A stretch of DNA of 64,000 nt from the human T2T-CHM13v2.0 reference genome, Homo sapiens (GCF_009914755.1 NC_060941.1); one strand, 5' to 3'. Shown: positions 17,895 to 30,847, numbered from the stretch's first letter. Numbers and translations: made by a program. Notes: generated by a model not told the origin, from the letters alone.

Positions 17895-17938
17895 TTCCCA
17901 CGTAGGAGTTCCCAGGTAGGAATTCCCAGGTAGGAATT
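17895..17938. repeat. 14-bp tandem repeat x3 within a MER5-like relic
   Basis: TTCCCACGTAGGAG / TTCCCAGGTAGGAA / TTCCCAGGTAGGAA. Confidence 0.85.
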
Positions 17939-17988
17939 AGGCAGCCATCCTCGAATTTCATCCCCATCTGAGACAATACATTTTTTAA

Positions 17989-18637
<649 letters not shown>

Positions 18638-18810
18638 TTTTTTTTAAATAAATAAGGCAAATGTATTCATGGTGGGTGGTAGTCAAAAAAGTTTGAGATG
18701 TTGACCCAGGGAACAAGATCTAATAATCTGCCCAAACCCAACTCCTACCTCCTCTCCACGCTCTATTCCATCCCCGTTCTGGACTCACCTCTGCTCTGTC
18801 CTTTGCCTAG

Positions 18811-18851
18811 GTCCCCTGCCTGTGCCCTTCACCAATGGGGAGATACAGAAG
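18811..18851 (+). CDS. SLC9A3R1: NHERF1 exon 4
   Basis: TTTGCCTAG|GTCCCC; (G)PLPVPFTNGEIQK; AAG|GTAAGG; 41 nt restores phase 0. Confidence 0.97.
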
Positions 18852-20021
18852 GTAAGGGCGGGTCCCCTGTCTCTTTGGATTTCAATCCTTGGGGTGCATG
18901 AGACAGATCAGAAGGTGCTGTGGTTGGTAGGATAGCCATCTGACTAAGGCCAAAACCCCAGGGTCCCCAGTTCCAGCTCCTTCTTCAGCTCCAAGCTATA
19001 GAACTGCCAGAACCCTCTTGGCCTCTGCCTGGGGCCAAAGCTGTCAGGAGGGAGCGGGCTGGCTGGGCCCCTCTGCAGCCCGCCATCCTGGGTGACAAGC
19101 CCCCGCCTCCAACTCCCCACCATACAGAAGGGGCCATTCTTCCCCCCAAGAACAGAGCTTCAGTGTCTGGCCACGGGCAGCCGGGCCCCTGCTACTTCTA
19201 GTCTGGGTTGGAAGAACAAAGCCCCTCCTCCCCCCTTCCCTGGGCAGAAGGGAAAGGGGGTGAGGCCCGGGGAAGAGATGGTGGGGCTGGGCGCCAGCTG
19301 AAGCCATGGAGGAACCCAGGAAGGGGCTGGGTGCCAAGCTGACGCCCCAGCCAAAGCCTTCGCTCTGGGACAGGCCGACTCAGTCAGGCCACAGAGCAGG
19401 AACTCTGCAGGGTCTGCTTAAAGGTTCCCCTTCCCTAGGAGCTCCTGCCAGGGTACTTGGCAAGGGGGAGGGCCCTTGGACCCAGCCCTCAACCTTCTTT
19501 CACCTCATCTTTGGATCTAGAACTTTCCATCCACCTTCTTCTTTCAAGGCCCTCCTTTGCTGCTTCAGGGTTAGGGTTTCAGGATTCCTGGGGTCAAATC
19601 CTGGCAAACAGTCAGGTGGACCACATGAGATTCAGGGAGCACCACATGGGCTCCCCATGCCCCCATGTGTCCCCACATTCCAAGAAGCCCCTCCCTGGTC
19701 ACTGGCCCAAAAGGCAAGCCAGTACCTAAAAGCCACATTGGAGTGGCCCAGGGAGAGGGAGCGGTTCAGCTAATCCCATGATGGTCTGTTCCCATCCCAT
19801 CCCTCCAGCCTGAGCAGTAGAACCAGCCTGCCCTCTGATCCCCAAAGGAATGTAAAAAGGAGCCCCAGCAGGCTCAGGAGGTGGGAACCAGGGGTGGGTG
19901 GCCAGGGCATCAGTGCTACCTCTTCTCAGTCTGAGGCCCCTACTTCCCCAGGAGCTCCCTCCCTCCTCAGGACCCCCTCACCCCATCCTCTGACAACCCA
20001 CAACCCTCTCCTCTCTGCCAG

Positions 20022-20111
20022 GAGAACAGTCGTGAAGCCCTGGCAGAGGCAGCCTTGGAGAGCCCCAGGCCAGCCCTGGTGAGATCCGCCTCCAGTGACA
20101 CCAGCGAGGAG
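20022..20111 (+). CDS. SLC9A3R1: NHERF1 exon 5
   Basis: CTCTGCCAG|GAGAAC; ENSREALAEAALESPRPALVRSASSDTSEE; GAG|GTAGGC; 90 nt. Confidence 0.97.
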
Positions 20112-20342
20112 GTAGGCCAGCCATGCGGGGGGTGGCAACTGGGTTACAGGAAGCCGATTCCCAGGCCCCACTTGTTCCTGGCACACCAGCCTGCCTTTGA
20201 GGTCACATGCTGAGCCGCATTCTGTTCTTGTGACCTGGCTTCCCTGGGCACGGCCCCAACGGAGCCACCTCACCAAGGCTGAGGACCAGGGAGCCTAATG
20301 AGGGACTGACTCCCAACTTCCTGCCCCCACTTCTCTTTACAG

Positions 20343-20531
20343 CTGAATTCCCAAGACAGCCCCCCAAAACAGGACTCCACAGCGCCCTCGTCTACCTCCT
20401 CCTCCGACCCCATCCTAGACTTCAACATCTCCCTGGCCATGGCCAAAGAGAGGGCCCACCAGAAACGCAGCAGCAAACGGGCCCCGCAGATGGACTGGAG
20501 CAAGAAAAACGAACTCTTCAGCAACCTCTGA
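20343..20531 (+). CDS. SLC9A3R1: NHERF1 exon 6 CDS (ERM-binding domain, ends FSNL-stop)
   Basis: TTTACAG|CTGAAT; [10 protein letters not shown]...[16 protein letters not shown] at 20529-20531; exons sum to 1077 nt = 358 aa + stop. Confidence 0.99.
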   Translation: MNSQDSPPKQDSTAPSSTSSSDPILDFNISLAMAKERAHQKRSSKRAPQMDWSKKNELFSNL

Positions 20532-21235
20532 GCGCCCTGCTGCCACCCAGTGACTGGCAGGGCCGAGCCAGCATTCCACCCCACCTTTTTCCTTCTCCCC
20601 AATTACTCCCCTGAATCAATGTACAAATCAGCACCCACATCCCCTTTCTTGACAAATGATTTTTCTAGAGAACTATGTTCTTCCCTGACTTTAGGGAAGG
20701 TGAATGTGTTCCCGTCCTCCCGCAGTCAGAAAGGAGACTCTGCCTCCCTCCTCCTCACTGAGTGCCTCATCCTACCGGGTGTCCCTTTGCCACCCTGCCT
20801 GGGACATCGCTGGAACCTGCACCATGCCAGGATCATGGGACCAGGCGAGAGGGCACCCTCCCTTCCTCCCCCATGTGATAAATGGGTCCAGGGCTGATCA
20901 AAGAACTCTGACTGCAGAACTGCCGCTCTCAGTGGACAGGGCATCTGTTATCCTGAGACCTGTGGCAGACACGTCTTGTTTTCATTTGATTTTTGTTAAG
21001 AGTGCAGTATTGCAGAGTCTAGAGGAATTTTTGTTTCCTTGATTAACATGATTTTCCTGGTTGTTACATCCAGGGCATGGCAGTGGCCTCAGCCTTAAAC
21101 TTTTGTTCCTACTCCCACCCTCAGCGAACTGGGCAGCACGGGGAGGGTTTGGCTACCCCTGCCCATCCCTGAGCCAGGTACCACCATTGTAAGGAAACAC
21201 TTTCAGAAATTCAGCTGGTTCCTCCAAACCCTTCA
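20532..21235 (+). other. SLC9A3R1: SLC9A3R1 3' UTR (3' end approximate)
   Basis: Follows the stop codon. The end is inferred from the recalled ~2-kb mRNA length and a GU/U-rich tract at 21241-21265; no AATAAA/ATTAAA seen. Confidence 0.6.
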
Positions 21236-21463
21236 GCCTCCGTGTGTTCCTTGGAAGTTTTGTCCTCTGGCCTTGGACCCCTTATAGGTAGAAATTGAGA
21301 AATGGTAAGCCAAGGTGGTCTTTGGCTGGGAGGGTGGGGTACACTGGAGGGAGGGCCATCAAGGGCTCCCTGTGACCCCAAGCCTGGGTAGCTTTAGCTA
21401 GAGGGCCTAGCTGCAGTCCTGTAGGAAGGAAGATGCATGCACCCAGCCGGGTATTCAGCTTGG

Positions 21464-21469
21464 TGTGGT
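21464..21469 (+). promoter_or_regulatory. RUNX site TGTGGT between the SLC9A3R1 and NAT9 3' ends
   Basis: Exact RUNX core about 230 bp past the inferred SLC9A3R1 end; position fits the reported psoriasis-associated RUNX1 site (rs734232, recalled). Confidence 0.75.
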
Positions 21470-22426
21470 CAGTGTGCCTGTGTGCTGGGCTGCAAGCACC
21501 GATTGTGGGCTGGGGACCCCTTGTCTAACGGGGATATTTACAAGGGGAAGTGGGAGCTCAGACCAACGTTCTCAGAGGACTCTGGGAGGTTCCTTTAATT
21601 CCAGAAGCGTGGAAAGTGTGTCCCAGGATGGAGCTGGGTTTGGAATGTGAGGACTTGGCTTTACTCTTTCTGCCTATAGCCAGTGGGGTGCAGAATTCCC
21701 AGGGGCAGGCTGGGCTGGTGCCAGATCCTCTATCTTATCTGGCCATTGTGACCTGATTGGAGGGCAAGTGTCCAGTGCCAGGGGAAAACAAACCGGTCCA
21801 CTGAGCCCGGGGACATGCTGTGTGGCTAGCTGGGGTGGAAGGGACTGTTCAAGGGCAAGGTGCCCTGCCCCCAACAAAAGACCCAGGTCCCTGATACCTT
21901 TGGCACCTGAAGCCTGATCTGGAGGTCCAGGAAGGTGGCTTGCAAGAGCTAGGCTGCAGAGCCGGGAGGTTCCGGGCAGGTGCTCAGAAGGAAGGTGCCC
22001 CCAGGCTAGTCTCCACCCAACCCAAAGGGACACCTCTCAGAAAATAGGCTCCTGGGCTGAGGGGAATGAGTAAAGCAGGTAGATCTGGAATCAGGGAGTG
22101 GACAGTGTCCCCCAGGCCAGTCACTATCTGGCCATCTCCTGCTCCTTGTCAGAGGAACCATCCAAAACCCTTACCACAGCAGTGCCCTGCTCAGCTGACC
22201 TGCCCCCACCCCACCCTTGCTTCTACCCTTTGGCCCCTGACAGATTCCCCTCCACAGGGGTCGTGGAGGGCCCCTCCCTATCTCACCTGCTGGGTGGGGA
22301 AGCCCTGGGGGACCTTTGACTCTTCATTAACCTGAAGACTGGTGGAAGGAATGGGTGGCCCCAAGGGAACTCTCATTGCTGAGGTACACATGGTACGAAG
22401 GGAGCCACGGCAAGCAACGCGTTCGT

Positions 22427-22446
22427 TTTATAATGTTTGTTTTATA
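22427..22446 (-). terminator. NAT9: NAT9 poly(A) signal(s): tandem TATAAA
   Basis: + strand TTTATA at 22427-22432 and 22441-22446 reads TATAAA on -; AT-rich patch in a GC-rich context, with a GT-rich tract downstream on -. Confidence 0.65.
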
Positions 22447-23598
22447 CTGAGGCATGTTTTCGGTTCCAGTTGTTCACATGCAGTCTGCTGTGAGACTCCA
22501 AGATCAAGGGTGCTGGGAGGCCTTAGACAAGTCACCTTACTTATCTAAGACTGTTTCCCCACCTGGAAGATGCCCTACAAGCCTCCTGTGGCTGTGTTTA
22601 GAAAGCATGCCCGGCCTTTCTTGACAGCCAGCCACCCCAGATGATGGCAGGGCAAGGAAGACTGTTAGGAGTCAGAGTGCTCCCCTCAGGTGGAAGGAAA
22701 CTGGGCCAACTCTACTTTGTAAGCCATAGGGTGCCAGGTAGCCCGGCCACCCTGAGCCTGTGCCTCCACTGCCCCCGCGTGGCCAGTCAGGTGCAGCTGC
22801 TCCCAGAGATGGAGGGTGAGGAACAGACGTGGGAGCACCAGAGGGACAGAGCTGATGGCCTGACGCTCTCTTCAGGAGGGCACCCCCAAGGGGCCTCTGC
22901 TTCCTCAGTGCCCCCTGAGCTTTATCAGCAGAGGGGTGTTTTCCAGCCACAAGGAGCTGTATCTAACACTAATGCCTTTAAACTCAAGACTGGCTCCAGG
23001 AGAGAGGAGGACGGACACTAGGTTGAGGGGCCAGGCCACACTCACTCTGGACCACCTGTTGTTCCCGGGTCAAGTTCCCAGGGTCACACCAGCCTGCCTC
23101 TGCAGGACAAGAGGACCAAGCTGCCCTTGAGTGGACACTGTGAGGCTGGGGCTTGTGGTAGCTCTTCACACGGACCAAACGGGAAAATCAGGAAAGCTGG
23201 TAGTGCCTGGAGCTTCACTCCCAGCCAGGGCAGCACCTCTGGCCTCTAAGGAGAAAGGCCTGTCCACTCCCATCCATGTTCCAGGTCCCCCTGCACCTCC
23301 GGCTCCCACCTTCATCCCGACATCTCCCATGGATCCCTGCCCTCCATTCCAGCTTCCTAGAGTCTGGGTCTGGGTTTGGCCGGGAGGGGAGAAGGGAACT
23401 GGCCCTGGCCCTGGAGTCTGCTCAGCCACACCACTAGCTGGAGGGAGGCCACAGCAAGCCCCGCCAGAGTCTGAAGGGCCTCGAAAGGTGATTCCCAGCC
23501 TGGGCCAGGAGCACTCTCCCAGTGCAGGGCTCTGGTCTTTGAAGTGTATGGGCCCAACACCCTGCTCACACAGAGTGGCTGCCCACAAGGCCCAGCCA

Positions 23599-23733
23599 TC
23601 AGCAGGGCTCTGCCGACCCATCTCTGTAAGGCTTCTCTTCCACGTGGCTGGTCTGCTCCAGAAGCCACTGATGCTCGGACTCACTCACTGTCAGTCTGAG
23701 GGTCACCTCCTGAAAAACACTGCTCGTAGCCAC
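23599..23733 (-). CDS. NAT9: NAT9 last coding exon
   Basis: CACGTAG|GTGGCT; VATSSVFQEVTLRLTVSESEHQWLLEQTSHVEEKPYRDGSAEPC TGA; 135 nt. Confidence 0.97.
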   Translation of the reverse strand: MATSSVFQEVTLRLTVSESEHQWLLEQTSHVEEKPYRDGSAEPC

Positions 23734-23834
23734 CTACGTGAGCCAGAGAGAACAAAGCCTGCTAAGTTACAGTATTACCACCACCAGGCCCACCACCCAG
23801 GTCTAAGCCCCACTCTGCCCCAGGACATCCTTAC

Positions 23835-23929
23835 CTGCTCAAAGTGAAGTTTCTGGAACATCCGGATGCTTGGTTCATTTCCTTGCCCAATTTTAGCCTC
23901 AAACTTGGTCAGACCTAGCGTGGTCACTC
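23835..23929 (-). CDS. NAT9: NAT9 coding exon 5
   Basis: CTCTGCGAG|GAGTG; (G)VTTLGLTKFEAKIGQGNEPSIRMFQKLHFEQ; CAG|GTAAGG; 95 nt. Confidence 0.95.
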
Positions 23930-24092
23930 CTCGCAGAGGAGATGAGACAGGGGCAAGTAAGGAGGCGCCTGCCCCCACCCTCCTGTCCCAAGCTGCAGAG
24001 GAGGAACCTTCACCTGCCCCCAACCCTCACACCTGAACAAAGTTCACCTGGGGCCTGCCCACTTCCCGCATTGTCTGCTCACACTTTCTTAC

Positions 24093-24152
24093 CGTAAGAC
24101 AGCATCGCGAGAACGGCCTCAGTGCCAAGGCCCTTACCCCTGCAGCTGGGCT
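24093..24152 (-). CDS. NAT9: NAT9 coding exon 4 (acetyl-CoA binding motif RGKGLG)
   Basis: CTCCTAG|AGCCC; (E)PSCRGKGLGTEAVLAMLSY; ACG|GTAAGA; GNAT motif A R/QxxGxG; 60 nt. Confidence 0.97.
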
Positions 24153-24771
24153 CTAGGAGAGACAACAGGAGCGGCGCTGACGCCGTGTGCCAGGCTCCAG
24201 TGCGGGCACTTGGCAGACACCATCTCATTTAATTCTCAACAACTCTGAAGTTGCTACTATCATTACCATTCTGCAGACGAGGAAACAGGCACAAAGAAGT
24301 GTGAAAGGCCTCACAGCTTGCAACCCAGCAACCTGACTTCAAAGCTGACCTCTTTACCTCATGGAGTCAGTATGCTGCCTCATGGGGATAGTCAGTAGCC
24401 ACTTGGGGGAAACTGAGGACCATGAAGGAGCAGAAAACAGGAGGGCCTCCTCCTGTAATATGACAACATGCTCCAGAGACCTTTTTCTGAGGGTCCCCAG
24501 CCCACCCCAACTATGGGACTAACCATACTTGAATCTAGCCCAAACCAAGGGTTAAGTTCACGCCTAAGCATAAGGACTAAAGTGATGAGGCTGAGGGTGT
24601 ACCACCAGGCTGAGGGGGCTAGGTGGGCAGGCTGCCCAGCCAGGCCCTGGACTCACCACATGGAGCCTCCCAGTGAACCCTGTGAGTGCCCACCCTTTGC
24701 AGCCTCGGCAGGCTCAGTCAGCAGATCTGAGAGCCGGGAGTCAGCGGAAGGCAGGGCTAGGTGAAACAAAC

Positions 24772-24915
24772 CTGCAATCATGACCTCGATCTCCCCCAAG
24801 GTGAGGTCTTCTAGATCTGTGAGGAAGAGGTTCACATCTCCCACCATGCAGCTCTCTTCGGTGGCGCCTGGCTGGGCCTGCCACTTCTCGGCATCCAGCA
24901 CAATGAAGGTACACT
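24772..24915 (-). CDS. NAT9: NAT9 coding exon 3
   Basis: CTCCTCAG|AGTGT; (K)CTFIVLDAEKWQAQPGATEESCMVGDVNLFLTDLEDLTLGEIEVMIA; CAG|GTTTGT; 144 nt. Confidence 0.96.
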
Positions 24916-25451
24916 CTGAGGAGGAGGTGACAGGGCTATCACACACACTCCCCAGAGGAGAGAAGAGAGGATGGTACTCCTACCCAAGCCAGAGCACTGC
25001 AGAACACCAGCATCTCTGAGTCTGCCAGGAGAAGAGGGGGTCCCAGAGCTTCCTTCAGCTCATTACAAAACTCCAAATCTGCCTCATACAGAAAAAGCCT
25101 CTCCAACCAGCAACCAAATTCTCAGAGAGCAGGGAACACAGAGGAGGACAGTCACCACACTAGGCTATGGTGAGGGACATGAGGGGCAGGGCCTCAATTT
25201 ACAGCCAGAGCCCCAAATGCTCTACTTTCTCCAAATCCTTCCAAGCCCGATGCAGTGGGTGGGGAAGAGGACAGAAGGGTCAGCCACAGGGACTGGCTTC
25301 AGGGCCATGAGAATACAGGAGTTCCAGCACCTTCCAGGCTTTTCACAAAGCTTCTATGGCCGGGGCTGGGAAAGGGAAGGAACCTGGAGACTGACTGTGG
25401 AGTCAGCCCTCCCAGTACCAGGGCTAGGGGGAGTGGGGGGGCACTCCTCAC

Positions 25452-25564
25452 TGTCTGCATCTTCCTGCCAGCTGCGCTGCATGGCATACTCCTGCTCCAG
25501 GGTCAGCGGCTCCGAGGCTGTCAAACGCTGCAGCTCCTCTGATTTCATCCACTCGTGGTACCTG
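25452..25564 (-). CDS. NAT9: NAT9 coding exon 2 (alternative start 25561 via NAGNAG)
   Basis: TCCCAG|CAG|GTAC; (S)[37 protein letters not shown]; ACA|GTGAGG. Confidence 0.97.
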
Positions 25565-26292
25565 CTGGGACAGAGGGGTGGCTTTAGACATGGAGGACTC
25601 ATTCAGAGGCATACGTCTGACACCTTATAATATGAGGGTCCAGAACCAGACAGGGCTAACATAGGGCTCAAAGAAGACCCAAAGGGTTATGATTGCTCCT
25701 AAGGCAGGGGCCACAGACACAAGACCCAGAAGCAAGCTAGTCTTACACAAGAACAGCAGGACGAGTCAGTTCTATCTGTCCAATTTCCTATCCTGTCTCG
25801 GGTCAGTGCGGAGGAGCAGTCTGAAACCAAACATTCTTCAAATTCCAGAAGGGGATGTATATGGCAAGCCAACCTCAACAAAGGCGGCTGGACAGATCCC
25901 ACGAAGTTAGGGCACCAGGAACCCTCAAACGGAAAACTACAAGTAGAGAATACCCATCTACAGCACCACTATCCCAATCTACCAGACATGTGCCAACTGC
26001 CCCCACAGGAATCCCATCATGACTCAGTCCTGGCCTTTCGAATGGTAGATATCACAACTCATCAGCTCAGAGTTCAAGGACAAGCTAACATTAAGTCTCC
26101 AAGAACTGAACATACTCACTGGCACCAGGGAAACATCACTAATTTACAATTAGGTGAGAAGACAATTTCTTTTTCTTCCACGTTTAGTTTACATAAAGCA
26201 ATTCCTTGCTGAAAGGCCAAAAAGCTGAGAGAATGAAAGGGAAGAGGATGGGCAGCTCCTCCCAAGGAAGTCACAGTCCCCAGGTTCTGCTA

Positions 26293-27397
<1,105 letters not shown>

Positions 27398-27511
27398 TAA
27401 TTATTTCTCACAACCAATGTTTCTTCTTAGGGGAAATAGCCCTGAGACTGGGGCTGTACCTTACACAGCTCTGGGTGCTGATACGCACCCCATGTCAAGC
27501 GGGAAAGATAC

Positions 27512-27588
27512 CTGGGGACATGCTCCGAGGTGTAGGGTACAAGGACCACCTTCTTCCCCAGCAGCAAGGTGTTCTGATTCAACCTCAT
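27512..27588 (-). CDS. NAT9: NAT9 first coding exon (exon begins at 27597)
   Basis: GCAG|GCTGCTACCATG; [25 protein letters not shown]; CAG|GTATCT; all exons sum to 207 aa + stop. Confidence 0.97.
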
Positions 27589-28099
27589 GGTAGCAGCCTG
27601 CATGCAGATGGGGAGAGCAAAGACTTCAGGACCCTGAATTTCCTCCAACTTTGGGTAGGCGCTCCAGCTTTCCTGCTGGGGCTAAGTTGACTTCCGTCAT
27701 TAGTTCCGTCTAGACACTTCAAAGAATACAGACTCCAAAATTCTTGCAAGAAAGAGAACCAGGCTGGTTAAGGATAATTAAACAATCCTTGACTCCCACT
27801 CCAAGAGGCCAAGCCTGGGCTCCGTTTCTGCCGGTTCCTTCCGTCCACTCCCCAGAACTTCGATTCCTCAAACCCAAGCACCAAGTACCAAGTACCAAAG
27901 TATCCCCAGAGCTCCCATTACTTGCCCCAGTCCAGGGATTCCAACCCAGAATCAACTTTCAGCCCTGCCTTAAACCTACTTCCAACCTCTTACCCCGGCG
28001 ACCACCCCACGGGGCTCTAGCCACTCCCTCCCCGCCCCCGACCACTTCAGGGCAAGGCGGGCTTAGTCTTAGGCCCTCCCCTTTGAGTGGCGTTCTAGA

Positions 28100-28560
28100 C
28101 CACTCTCTTCGACCCTCCAACCACGCGGACCCGGGTACTGCCAAGCTCACACCCACCTACCACCGACGAAATCGTCCCCCGCAGAAAGGGTGATCTACCT
28201 CCTCCAACCAGCCACGTTCCCAGGCCCGGCCGGCTACCGCCCCTTCCGCATGCGCGTGAGAACGCGCCCCGCCCACTTCCGCCATGCTGACGGCAGCCGC
28301 CAGGCCCCAATCCCGGTCCCGCCCCCGCGAGGCGCCCAATCAGCGCGCGCGAAAAAGGTGGGCAGTGGGGCCGGCGCATGCGCGCTGCGGAAGCTGGTGC
28401 TGGACAGCTGGCGCCGGCAGCAGCGGACCGGCGGGAGACGGCGGCTTGCGAGCTGGCTGTGCTGCAGGTGTTGGGTCGGGTCGGGTCGGGACGGGCGGGA
28501 GAGGACGAGACGGGTCGGGATAGGTTGGGGCGGGGCGGGGCGGCACTAGACTCGGGACTC
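28100..28560. promoter_or_regulatory. Bidirectional CpG-island promoter of NAT9(-)/TMEM104(+), including both non-coding first exons (boundaries not fixed)
   Basis: CpG-rich; NRF1 CGCATGCGC 28247-28255 and GCGCATGCGC 28374-28383; ETS CTTCCG/CGGAAG; CCAATCAG 28336-28343; E2F TTTCGCGC(-) 28347-28354; GC boxes; candidate donors near 28150-28160 (-) and 28468 (+). Confidence 0.9.
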
Positions 28561-29220
28561 CTCCAGGAGGGAGAGAGAGGGAGAGGCTGGGAGTGGGGCT
28601 CTTGAGAAAAGAGGGAGCTTTGAGGGTGGGGAACCCTAAGAGAGTAGGTGGGGCCAGGGAGTGGAGGCCCCATTAAAAAAAGGAGGCCTTAGTGCCAAGA
28701 GTGGAGTTGGAAGGGCAATGTAGGAAAGCCCCCAGCTCCCTGCCCTAGGCAGAGGCGGCAGACAGTTCCTTGGGCTCCCATGTGTGGTAGTGAGCTCCTG
28801 GTTCCTGGAACTAAACGAGGATAACCACCCCAGAGCGTGGAAAGGGGGCTCTTGTGGTGGGTGAGACTTAGTGGTTTTAGAGGCCCCTTAAATCACTTGC
28901 ACCCCGAGCAGCATTGAAAACATCCGTGCTGGGCACAGAGCAGTGCCCTGCACAGCAAGGGAAATGTTAGAAGAAACCGTCCAGATTTCTGTCATCCAGG
29001 GTGACCCCTCCCTCGGGGGTGAGTCTTGTGACAGATACTGAGGCCCTAAGTGTCTGTGATAAAAGAACCAGAGGTGGCAGGGGAAGTCTGCAAGCCTCCT
29101 CCCACCCCTGTCTCAGTCCATCAGATAGGTGAAGCCTGCTCTTTTGTTTTAAGGAGCTGCGGCAGCCGCCGTCCTTGCACCTAAGGAACCTCTGCTGCCA
29201 GCCCTTCCTCACTTTTGGAA

Positions 29221-29265
29221 ATGGCGGGTGAAATTACAGAGACCGGGGAACTCTACTCTTCCTAC
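29221..29265 (+). CDS. TMEM104: TMEM104 first coding exon (exon begins ~29154)
   Basis: TTTTAAG|GAGCTG acceptor; GAAATGG Kozak; MAGEITETGELYSSY; TAC|GTGAGT. Confidence 0.95.
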
Positions 29266-29454
29266 GTGAGTGTGACTTATAGAACCTTTTGCTCACTTAA
29301 GTGTTCCTGGCTTCTAGAAAAGCACATTGCTTGCTGGAGATGGGACTAGTGAGTGCTGCTGCTTGAGCAGACCATAGTGGAAGCAGGACGGGGGAGTTCC
29401 ATGGGGCAGCGACTACAGTGCTGCTGTGGTGGCTCAGAATGTAAGTCAGATTTA

Positions 29455-29935
<481 letters not shown>

Positions 29936-30529
29936 TTACTGAATTTTAAATTGCACAACTTTTATAGTCTTGGATGGCGTAAGAAGCAGCGAAAGCATAC
30001 AGAGACTTCTAATTACAGTTTGGTGGACTCTGCAATTAGAACAATTAGAATGATTGATTCTCACTGTCTTAGGTCTGTGTTACCTCTGGCTGCCCCCAAC
30101 ACACACGCAGTTTATCTTCTCTATGTAACGTATGATTGGTCATAGTTGTTACATCACAGGGCCCTCTTGCCTGGATAAGTAGCCAGAGGGTTGGAATAAT
30201 CAGATGGTTGACTCAGGTTGCTACCAACCCTCCCAGGCAAAAGCAGCACTGCCCTAAGTAGCAAGAGTTTTCTAGAACTTGACCTGCCTTCAACAGCTGC
30301 CCTGCCTTGTGCATAGCTTCCTAGCCTGGGGATCTCTGGTCTGTTTCTGCTAGCTTCACAGACTAGCATTGTGGTGTGATGGACAAGGAAGTGTCTCCAA
30401 GACATTTCCTTCACAGCTGGAAGAAAGCCTTCCTGATTCCAGAGTCTTCCTATTGGGCCTGTGCCATTCATGTGTGGCAATAAAGGAGGCTTCTTCACCC
30501 ATCACCTGTGTAATTTCTCAGGGGAAGTC

Positions 30530-30847
<318 letters not shown>

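Noticed and set aside
23131-23847. 238-aa + strand ORF
   Set aside because: Antisense to the NAT9 last exons and 3' UTR, no domain, GC-rich chance ORF.
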